This document shows, one piece after another, positions 37,771 to 45,840 of a stretch of DNA of 64,000 nucleotides. The translations under genes and the position numbers were made by a program. Location: assembly GCA_035269015.1 (NCBI GenBank), contig DATFJU010000031.1, forward strand, positions 41,326 through 105,325, in the 5' to 3' direction. Under the pieces are notes generated by a model, which saw only the letters and a list, made by a program, of their open reading frames with translations, was not told the DNA's origin and did no database searches. Source of the stretch: Patescibacteria group bacterium. Lineage in GTDB: Bacteria; Patescibacteriota; Patescibacteriia; Patescibacteriales; UBA12465. Positions within the stretch are counted from its first letter, which is position 1; each line of letters begins with the position of its first letter.

Positions 37771-38307
37771 TTATTTCCTTTCTAATAAATAAGGTCTTAA
37801 GCGTCTACTTGTAAACTTAACAACATAAAATAGTAAGGCCATAATAATGCTATGAAAGATTAACTTATAACTAAGAGCCCGCCAAAACCAAACTTGGGCT
37901 ATAATAAAACTATTTGCATTTTGATAAATACTAAAAATAGAATCTATAATTTGGTAAGAGAAATTAAAAATCACAGTTGCAAAAGCTGTGATAACAATAA
38001 AAGAATAAATTGATCTATTAGTAAAAAAACTAAGTTGTAAATATCTAGAAGCTATGGCTGTACTAAAAAAGCTAATGATATAAATAGAAAAAATATTAAA
38101 AGAAAAAATATCAAATATAAAGCCAATTAAAAAAGCAAAATAAAGATAATAATCTTTTCTTCCTAAAATAACTACTAATATAAGAAGGATTAAAGGTAGG
38201 TTAATTAAATTAAAAGGTACACCCGCAGAAGATATAAAGGTAAACTGCAAAATAATCAAACAATAACTTAAAAATATTTGCAAAGCTAATTTAAAATACT
38301 TAGTCAT
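37771..38307 (-). CDS. mreD: rod shape-determining protein MreD-like polytopic membrane protein
   Basis: 178 aa, 5-6 hydrophobic helices. It starts 4 nt after the mreC stop, in the mreB-mreC-mreD position. Assignment rests on synteny and topology rather than motifs. Confidence 0.5.
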   Translation of the reverse strand: MTKYFKLALQIFLSYCLIILQFTFISSAGVPFNLINLPLILLILVVILGRKDYYLYFAFLIGFIFDIFSFNIFSIYIISFFSTAIASRYLQLSFFTNRSIYSFIVITAFATVIFNFSYQIIDSIFSIYQNANSFIIAQVWFWRALSYKLIFHSIIMALLFYVVKFTSRRLRPYLLERK

Positions 38308-38310
38308 ATA

Positions 38311-39123
38311 TTAAAGAGTAAGCACAGCTAAAAAATCAATTTTATTTAAATTATACAAAGGCTCAATAATAGCTTCCTGCCAAATATCATTGCTTTGTTT
38401 GGAGACAGAGCTAACTTCACCAATAATTAATCCAGGAGGTATATTTTTTTCCAATCCTGAGCTTACCACTAAATCACCAATATTTATATCATATTCCTGA
38501 GGAATAAGATTCATGGATATAGTTAAGCCTAAACTACCTTGTACCACTCCCTGGGCTTCACTTTGCTCAGAAAAACGGGCAGCAAATTTACAGTCTTCAT
38601 TAATACTTAAACAAACTTGAGCTGAGTTGTCATGAAGTGACAATATCTTTCCCACCAATATTCCTTCCTCATTTATCACAGCCATACCTTCCCTTAATCC
38701 ATCTTCTGAGCCTTTATTAAGATAAATGTTACTTTGATTTGCATTTTGAGACAATAAATTATCTGAAGCTACTACTCTTGCCATTACCTTATTGTATTCA
38801 TTATCTTCAAAGAAATTTAAATAATTTCTTAATTTATCATTTTCTCTTTCTACTTCCTGCCACTTAGCTTTTTCAGCTAATAACTCATTAACTTGTATTT
38901 GCAGATTTTCGTTATTTTCTTTTAAATTTCTTTCTTCTTGAGAACCCTTAAAAGATGGCTTCCAATTACTGCCTAAATTATAAAAAACTTCTCCACCTTT
39001 ATTTATCCCACCAATAATTGTTTTCTCTATAGGTTTTAAAGCATTTAAGTAATGCAAAAATACAAGCAATATAAATAAAGCTAGAATAAAGTATATTTTC
39101 TTTTTATTAAAAGTTTTCTGCAT
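38311..39123 (-). CDS. mreC: rod shape-determining protein MreC
   Basis: 270 aa. N-terminal TM, coiled-coil (ENLQIQVNELLAEKAKWQEVEREN), C-terminal beta-domain ending GLEKNIPPGLIIGEV typical of MreC. Confidence 0.8.
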   Translation of the reverse strand: MQKTFNKKKIYFILALFILLVFLHYLNALKPIEKTIIGGINKGGEVFYNLGSNWKPSFKGSQEERNLKENNENLQIQVNELLAEKAKWQEVERENDKLRNYLNFFEDNEYNKVMARVVASDNLLSQNANQSNIYLNKGSEDGLREGMAVINEEGILVGKILSLHDNSAQVCLSINEDCKFAARFSEQSEAQGVVQGSLGLTISMNLIPQEYDINIGDLVVSSGLEKNIPPGLIIGEVSSVSKQSNDIWQEAIIEPLYNLNKIDFLAVLTL

Positions 39124-39131
39124 GAAATATA

Positions 39132-40175
39132 TTAATCTTCCATGTCAGCAGAAGAGACTATCTTTTCTAAAAGCTCAAAATCATCAAGCAACGCACCAGC
39201 TCCTCTAGACACACAAGTTAAGGGGTCTTCTACAATATTAACGGGGATTTTAGTAGCTTGAGCAATAGCTTTATCCAAACCCCTAAGCATAGACCCACCA
39301 CCTGAAATATATATACCCCTTTGATAAATATCAGAAACTAACTCAGGAGGTGTATTTTCTAAAGTATTTTTAATATTATCTACCATTTTACTTACAGTTT
39401 TAGAAATAGCTTCTCTAACTTGATCATCACTTATATTTATAGCTTTTGGTAAACCAGTTAAGAGATCTCTACCTCTAACTTCTATTGTTTTAGGTTCTTC
39501 TAATGGCAAAGCACTACCAATCTCAATCTTTACCTTCTCTGCTAATTGTTCTCCAATTAAAATGTTAAACTCTTCTTTAATATAATCAACAATATTAGTA
39601 TCAAACTCATTACCAGCAATTCTAAGTGACTTCCAAGTAACTACACCGCCTAAAGATATCACAGCAATCTCAGTAGTACCTCCACCAATATCAACCATCA
39701 TAGTAGCAGTGGCTTCAGTGACTGGCAATCCTGAACCAATAGCTGCAGCCATAGCTTCATCTATCAAATATACCTTTCTAGCTCCAGCAGACTTAGCAGC
39801 ATCTTCAACAGCTTTTTTTTCTACCTCTGTTAAGTCAAGTGGAATTCCAATTACAACTCTTGGTCTAGGAATAAGGGTAAAAGTTTCACTGTGAACTTTG
39901 TTAATAAAATACTTAAGCATTTTTTCAGTTACTTCAAAATCAGAAATAACCCCATCAATTAATGGTTTAATAGCTTCAATATGGCCAGGAGTTTTTCCTA
40001 CCATTTTTTTAGCTGCTAGACCTACTTCTAAGATTTCAGCTGTTCTATTATTAATAGCTACCACTGATGGTTCATTAATAATCACTCCTTTATCTTTAAC
40101 ATAAATCAAGGTATTTTTTGTACCCAAGTCTATTCCTAAATCATTGCTAAATTTTCCCAGTAATTTATTAAACAT
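39132..40175 (-). CDS. mreB: rod shape-determining protein MreB
   Basis: 347 aa. GIDLGTKNTLIYV, VDIGGGTTEIAVISLGG, ISGGGSMLRGLD actin-fold motifs. First gene of the mreBCD operon. Confidence 0.9.
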   Translation of the reverse strand: MFNKLLGKFSNDLGIDLGTKNTLIYVKDKGVIINEPSVVAINNRTAEILEVGLAAKKMVGKTPGHIEAIKPLIDGVISDFEVTEKMLKYFINKVHSETFTLIPRPRVVIGIPLDLTEVEKKAVEDAAKSAGARKVYLIDEAMAAAIGSGLPVTEATATMMVDIGGGTTEIAVISLGGVVTWKSLRIAGNEFDTNIVDYIKEEFNILIGEQLAEKVKIEIGSALPLEEPKTIEVRGRDLLTGLPKAINISDDQVREAISKTVSKMVDNIKNTLENTPPELVSDIYQRGIYISGGGSMLRGLDKAIAQATKIPVNIVEDPLTCVSRGAGALLDDFELLEKIVSSADMED

Positions 40176-40176
40176 A

Positions 40177-41427
40177 TTATCTTAATTTCGCTAAAACTTC
40201 ATCTAAACTTAAAAACTGTGGCTCTGCTTGTGAGCGCTTTTTAAATTCAATATTATTGTTCTCTATTGTCTTAGAGCTAACTAATATCCTGTTAGGACAA
40301 CCAATAAGATCAGAATCAGCTAACTTCACTCCAGGAGATACATCTCTATCATCATATAAAACTTCAATTCCTTCACTAAGTAACTTCTCATATATTTTAT
40401 CTGCTTCAGAATTTTGTCCTAATGAAAGTAAATGCACACTATATGGTGAAATTGATTCACTCCAGCTCATACCTTTATCATCAGCAAATTTCTCTACTAT
40501 CACACCCATTAAACGACTAGGGCCAATACCATAGGAAGCCATATAAACAATCTCTTTTTCACCTTTTTCATTGGTGAAATAATAATCAAAAGCTTTAGAA
40601 AACTTAGTATTTAAAGGAAAAATGTTGCCAACTTCAGAAGCTTTAGTAACTCGTAAATCCTTATTTTTACACTTAGGACAGCTATCTTGTCTATCTAAGA
40701 CTTCTTTATTTAAAGCTATTTTACACTTATCACAAACATATATTTCGTCTTCACCGGTAGGACATTCAGTTTGAAACTCGTGAGAAAAATCTTTAGTAAA
40801 ATCACCACCAGAAGCTAAAGTAATATAGGTACTATCTCCAATTCCTAGTCTTGCAAAAATTCTTAAATAAGCTTCTTTTACCGACTCATAATATATTTTC
40901 ATATCCTCTTCACTAACATGAAAACTATATAAGTCTTTCATAATAAATTCCCTACCTCTAAGTAATCCAGATTTTGGTCTAGGTTCATTTCTAAACTTAG
41001 TTTGTATTTGATAAACAGCAAAAGGTAAATCTTTATAACTTAAAGCAAACTTTTTAGCAATTGGAGTAATTACTTCTTCATGGGTAGAGTTTAAAACATA
41101 AGAGCCATCATTAACTCTTCTAGACTTTTCATTAGCTCCTCTAGCTTCAAACAGTACATCCATAGTATCCAAACGATTAGTAATTTGCCAATTTTCCTTA
41201 GGTGATAAAGCAGACATAAACATCTCTTGTCCGCCAATAGCATCCATCTCTTCTCTAATAATTTGTTCAATCTTTTTTAAAACTCTATAACCTAAAGGCA
41301 AAAACTCATAAACACCGGCCATTATTTTATCAATAAAACCAGCTTTAATTAACAGCTGAGAGTTTAAACTTTGCTCATCTTTAGCTACTTCTTTACTTGT
41401 TTTTGTAAATAAGGCTGATTGTTTCAT
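40177..41427 (-). CDS. proS: proline--tRNA ligase, bacterial-type core without the INS editing domain; the INS position is occupied by a Cys-rich zinc-ribbon-like segment
   Basis: 416 aa. The N-terminus aligns residue-for-residue with bacterial ProRS through motif 2 (YQIQTKFRNEPRPKSGLLRGREFIMKDLYSFH). The insert is ECPTGEDEIYVCDKCKIAL...SCPKCKNKD. C-terminal anticodon-binding domain present. Confidence 0.85.
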   Translation of the reverse strand: MKQSALFTKTSKEVAKDEQSLNSQLLIKAGFIDKIMAGVYEFLPLGYRVLKKIEQIIREEMDAIGGQEMFMSALSPKENWQITNRLDTMDVLFEARGANEKSRRVNDGSYVLNSTHEEVITPIAKKFALSYKDLPFAVYQIQTKFRNEPRPKSGLLRGREFIMKDLYSFHVSEEDMKIYYESVKEAYLRIFARLGIGDSTYITLASGGDFTKDFSHEFQTECPTGEDEIYVCDKCKIALNKEVLDRQDSCPKCKNKDLRVTKASEVGNIFPLNTKFSKAFDYYFTNEKGEKEIVYMASYGIGPSRLMGVIVEKFADDKGMSWSESISPYSVHLLSLGQNSEADKIYEKLLSEGIEVLYDDRDVSPGVKLADSDLIGCPNRILVSSKTIENNNIEFKKRSQAEPQFLSLDEVLAKLR

Positions 41428-41538
41428 ATGTGCAAATATTTTATACGATATTAAGTCTTATTTAAATTTATCTTAACTTAAATATTTAGGGTTGTAAAGA
41501 TAAATTTTATTTAATTTAATTTATCTGAGTAATCAATA

Positions 41539-42108
41539 TTATATATTTTTCAGTGCTTGTTTCACTCTTTCTCCACTATCACTAATATTTTTATCCACTT
41601 TTCTTAAGGCTTCCCTGGCTTCATTCATGTTATAACCCAAAGCCATTAAAGCATCCATCTCATCACTAGAGCTAACACCTGTTTGTGTATCGGTTTTAAA
41701 GTCAGCTAACTTAGCTATCTTCTCTTTTAACTCTAAGACCACCCTTTGAGCTGTTTTTTTACCTATTCCTGAGACTTTAGTTAACATACCAGCATCTTCT
41801 GAGGCAATAGCTTCTTTTAAGTGATTAGTACTACTTAGTGATAGCACAGCTAAAGCAGACTTGGGTCCAATACCAGATACTGATAGTAGCATCTCAAACA
41901 TTTCTAAATCATCTAAACTTTTAAAACCATATAAGTCTAAGCTGTCTTCTCTAACATGTTGATGGGTATACAACTCTACTTCACTATCTTTAGTAATTTC
42001 ACTATAAATATCAGCACTAACACTAACCTTATAGCCTAAACCTTGATTTAAAATTATTAAATCACCACCTTGTTTAGCAATAATTTTACCTTGAATGTAT
42101 GCAATCAT
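41539..42108 (-). CDS. ruvA: Holliday junction branch migration protein RuvA
   Basis: 189 aa. MIAYIQGKI N-terminal OB domain, two HhH motifs (GIGPKSALAVL / GIGKKTAQRVV), C-terminal domain III. Confidence 0.85.
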   Translation of the reverse strand: MIAYIQGKIIAKQGGDLIILNQGLGYKVSVSADIYSEITKDSEVELYTHQHVREDSLDLYGFKSLDDLEMFEMLLSVSGIGPKSALAVLSLSSTNHLKEAIASEDAGMLTKVSGIGKKTAQRVVLELKEKIAKLADFKTDTQTGVSSSDEMDALMALGYNMNEAREALRKVDKNISDSGERVKQALKNI

Positions 42109-42112
42109 ATAA

Positions 42113-43381
42113 TTAATTAATTTTTCTTCTTAAAACACTTAATTGTGGAATCTTCTTCTCAAAATACATATAAACCGTTTGTCCACCTCCACCACCATGA
42201 GCTTCAACTATTTCTTCTTGACTCTCTTTATCTAACATTTTCTTTAACTTAAACTTTATAACTTCATAGCCAGGCATTACTAACTCTAAAGTATCACCTT
42301 TTTTTAAAGTATTGTGAACCTTAATCTCTGTTTTATACTTATAATCACCTTTTACTTTGCTATCATTTTCAGAGCTTATGGTCTGTCCACAAAACTCCCA
42401 ATTAGGTAAATTATTTTCATTTTTTAAGTTCTGAGCTTCCCTGCCGCTGTTAAACATAAAACCTTCAGTAAATCCTCTGTGATATAATTTACTTTCTAAC
42501 TCTTTATATAAATAACTTAATTCTTTTTTTCTATCTTCAGCTCTAAACGATTTATCATTACTAATATCAATAGCTCTACGATATGCTCCTACTACATTAG
42601 CTAAGTAATAGACACTTTTAGCTCTACCCTCTATCTTGAAAGCTTTTATTTTAGCACTAATCATTTCTGGTATTCTTTTTATCAAACAAAGATCTAAAGA
42701 ATTAAAAATATAAGAGCCATTTTTATCTTCCCCTAAAACAAACTTAGCCTCATGACCAAGTGGTTTTACCTCATACTGCCACCTACAAGGTTGAGCGCAA
42801 TCTCCTAAATTAGCATCTCTATCTATTAAATATTTTGATAAAAAACAACGACCAGAATAAGCCATACACAGAGCTCCGTGAACAAAGGTTTCTATTTCTA
42901 AACCAGGCACTTTAGTTATAACTTCCTTTACTTCTTTTAAAGCTAACTCCCTACCTAAAATAACTCTCTTTACACCCATATCCTTATACATCTGAGCTGA
43001 CATCCAATTAGTACAATTAGCTTGAGTACTTAAACTAATCTTTACCTCTGGCCACACCTCTTTAATTAAATATATGAGACCTGGATCAGCCACAAATAAA
43101 GCATCAGGCCCTAAACTTTTTAGTTGTTCTATGTGCCTTTTTACCTTACTTAAATGAGTATTATGAGCAAATATATTTACCGTAACATAAGCTTTCTTAT
43201 TTATACTGTGAGCATAATCAATTCCTGCTTTCATATCCTTTAAACTAAAGTCATTAATACGTACCCGCAAAGAAAAATCAGGTAGACCAAAATAGACGGC
43301 GTCAGCGCCGAAAGCAAAGGCTGTTTTTAGTTTTAATAAATTACCAGCTGGAGCTAGTAATTCCACTTTATTTTTTTTCAT
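42113..43381 (-). CDS. peptidase U32 family protein
   Basis: 422 aa. VELLAPAGNLLKLKTAFAFGADAVYFG N-terminal U32 signature and a conserved Cys cluster. Confidence 0.8.
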   Translation of the reverse strand: MKKNKVELLAPAGNLLKLKTAFAFGADAVYFGLPDFSLRVRINDFSLKDMKAGIDYAHSINKKAYVTVNIFAHNTHLSKVKRHIEQLKSLGPDALFVADPGLIYLIKEVWPEVKISLSTQANCTNWMSAQMYKDMGVKRVILGRELALKEVKEVITKVPGLEIETFVHGALCMAYSGRCFLSKYLIDRDANLGDCAQPCRWQYEVKPLGHEAKFVLGEDKNGSYIFNSLDLCLIKRIPEMISAKIKAFKIEGRAKSVYYLANVVGAYRRAIDISNDKSFRAEDRKKELSYLYKELESKLYHRGFTEGFMFNSGREAQNLKNENNLPNWEFCGQTISSENDSKVKGDYKYKTEIKVHNTLKKGDTLELVMPGYEVIKFKLKKMLDKESQEEIVEAHGGGGGQTVYMYFEKKIPQLSVLRRKIN

Positions 43382-44327
43382 TAAATCTTTTTACCCTAAT
43401 TAATCCTGAAGTAGGGATAACTTCAATACCTTGTTTTTCTATTTCATCTAAGAACAGATTCATACCTAAAGAATCAGAACTCATATGTCCAGCAATAATT
43501 ACATTCATATGATGCTTTTCTGCTTCTTTCCTGTGCTCTTCTGACATATGCATACCAATAATGGTACCAAAACCATAATGAGCCATTTTTTCAAAAACAT
43601 CTTTAGAGCCAGAAGTACCACCAGTAAATTCTGTTACCACTACCTTACCTACTCTACTATCCTTAGAACCAGCAAAAAGTTTCGGACCAACTTGTCTAGC
43701 ACTTGATTCTTGATACTCTGGAATCTCTTTAAAAATAGCAAATATATCTTCTACATATTCTGGTTTTTTCTCTTGTATTAAATCGTGCATAAATCTAGCT
43801 GCTAAATTATCAGCTGTAGTATGAGTGCACATAAAATCTAATCCTAGAATTTTAGCAGTATCCACAGCTCGATAATGATTAATAGGTGATAAACCTCTGT
43901 TTACCTCCTCTGCTCTAAATTTAGTAACAGCTTCAGCTATATTAATAGGCAATCCATATTTAGCTAAAACCTCAGCCTGTAAATCCATCACTGCTGATAA
44001 CTCTGCTAAAGCAGCTCCTTGAGGATGGTGAGAAATTACTAAATCTACATCTCCTAATTTATCAGCTAACAATAACTCAGAACTATCGATATCAATTCCA
44101 GTCATCACCTTTTTTATTTCTCTAGTCTCATCAGGATTATTTAAAATCCTACTATCAACATAAGGGTTATTTAATTTTTCCTTATCAAATTCAACTTTTT
44201 GTTTTTCAGAAAGTTCATTAAACTTTTTATTTATACGAGTCATTCTTTTTTCAACTTCACTCTTACCTCTTAAGTCGGCTTCAATAGCTTTGTCCACAGC
44301 TATCTTAAATATATCTTTAGTATTCAT
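43368..44327 (-). CDS. Nif3-family dinuclear-metal-centre protein (YqfO/YbgI-like)
   Basis: 319 aa. DLVISHHP motif plus a second His cluster near the C-terminus (IIAGHMSSD). Overall NIF3 topology with insertion domain. Confidence 0.6.
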   Translation of the reverse strand: MNTKDIFKIAVDKAIEADLRGKSEVEKRMTRINKKFNELSEKQKVEFDKEKLNNPYVDSRILNNPDETREIKKVMTGIDIDSSELLLADKLGDVDLVISHHPQGAALAELSAVMDLQAEVLAKYGLPINIAEAVTKFRAEEVNRGLSPINHYRAVDTAKILGLDFMCTHTTADNLAARFMHDLIQEKKPEYVEDIFAIFKEIPEYQESSARQVGPKLFAGSKDSRVGKVVVTEFTGGTSGSKDVFEKMAHYGFGTIIGMHMSEEHRKEAEKHHMNVIIAGHMSSDSLGMNLFLDEIEKQGIEVIPTSGLIRVKRFNEKK

Positions 44328-44367
44328 ATATAAATTATTAATTATTATATTTATCTTTTTTATTTTC

Positions 44368-45261
44368 TCATTGCATTGATCTAAGCTTAGAAATTCTTTC
44401 TTCTATAGGCGGATGGGTCATAAAAGCTTTTTTAAAAAGGCTTTTTCTCTTTTTTCCCTTCTTATCTTTTAAAGGACTAGCAATAAAGAGATGGGCCATA
44501 GCAGAGTTAGCGTGTTTAAGGCTGTTTTCATCTGCACTAATCTTCTCCAGCGCTTTGGCTAATCCTTCCGGATAACGAGTAAGTAAAGCTCCATCAGCAT
44601 CAGCTAGAAACTCCCTTTTTCTGCTAATAGCAAACTTAATCATATAAGCAAAAATTGGAGCTATAATAATCACTGCGATTAATATAACTAAGAAAATGGG
44701 GTTCTTTTTTGAGTCCCCTCCTTTAAAAAATAATGAGTACCTCAGCATATCAGCTAAAATAACCACTGCTCCCACTAAAACTGTCACCAAGGTAGCAAAC
44801 AACATATCTCTGTTGCCAATATGAGAAAGCTCATGAGCTATAACCCCTTCCAACTCACTTCTTTCCAGCTTTTGTATTAAACCAGTACTCATTGCTATCA
44901 CCGCCTTTTCTTTATTTCTCCCAGTAGCAAAAGCATTCGGGGCAGGATCATGAATTATATAAATTTTAGGTAGTGGTAATCCAGCAGTAATACAAAGATT
45001 TTCCACTAATCTATATATCTCCTTATTATCTTCAAACTTTAATTCTTGAGCTTTAGCCATATTAAGTAATATTTTATGACTATTGTAATAACTAAAAAAG
45101 CTAGCTAAAACACTAATTAACACTGCAATAATTAAAATACTAGGATCATTCATATACCAACTAACACCCCAACCAATAGCGATAATAAAAACAAAAAACA
45201 AAGAAATAAGCAAATAACTCTTTCTAGTATTTGAGCTAGCGTGTGTATATAAATTGGCCAT
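44368..45261 (-). CDS. htpX: membrane zinc metalloprotease HtpX (peptidase M48)
   Basis: 297 aa. Two N-terminal TM, HELSHIGNRD HExxH motif, further TM pair. Confidence 0.85.
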   Translation of the reverse strand: MANLYTHASSNTRKSYLLISLFFVFIIAIGWGVSWYMNDPSILIIAVLISVLASFFSYYNSHKILLNMAKAQELKFEDNKEIYRLVENLCITAGLPLPKIYIIHDPAPNAFATGRNKEKAVIAMSTGLIQKLERSELEGVIAHELSHIGNRDMLFATLVTVLVGAVVILADMLRYSLFFKGGDSKKNPIFLVILIAVIIIAPIFAYMIKFAISRKREFLADADGALLTRYPEGLAKALEKISADENSLKHANSAMAHLFIASPLKDKKGKKRKSLFKKAFMTHPPIEERISKLRSMQ

Positions 45262-45266
45262 AGTTG

Positions 45267-45830
45267 TTAGAATTTAACTTCAATATTTTCTGCTTGAGCA
45301 GTTTCAATCTCAAAGTATTCATAAGGGGTAAAGCTTAAACCTTTAGCAATCATATTAGTAGGAAAAACTTGAATCTTAGTGTTAAATTGTCTGACATTAG
45401 AATTAAAGAATCTTCTAGCTGCCTGTATTTTATTCTCTGTATCAGATAGTTCTCTTTGTAGTTCCAGAAAATTAGTATTAGCTTTTAAATCAGGATAACT
45501 TTCTGATAGTGCAAAGATAGACTTTAAAGCTGAGGTCAATGAATTCTCTGCTTCAGCTTGTACTTTAGTATCACCTTTTTGCTGAGAATTAATAGCTTGA
45601 TTTCTCGCTTCAACTACACTATCTAGAGTTTCCCTTTCATGACTAGCATAACCTTTAACTGTTGAAACTAGGTTAGGAATAAGATCATAACGTCTTTTAA
45701 GCTGTACATCAATATCACTCCAAGCTTCATCAACTCTATTTTTTAACTTAATTAAAGAATTATATAAGGAGATAACGATAAGTCCTAGAAGGACTATAGC
45801 TCCAACAATAATCCAAATTGTTGTAGTCAT
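45267..45830 (-). CDS. lemA: LemA family protein
   Basis: 187 aa. N-terminal TM then LemA consensus (NSLIKLKNRVDEAWSDIDVQLKRRYDLIPNLV...). The lemA-htpX pairing is a common association. Confidence 0.8.
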   Translation of the reverse strand: MTTTIWIIVGAIVLLGLIVISLYNSLIKLKNRVDEAWSDIDVQLKRRYDLIPNLVSTVKGYASHERETLDSVVEARNQAINSQQKGDTKVQAEAENSLTSALKSIFALSESYPDLKANTNFLELQRELSDTENKIQAARRFFNSNVRQFNTKIQVFPTNMIAKGLSFTPYEYFEIETAQAENIEVKF

Positions 45831-45840
45831 AATTTTGGGG

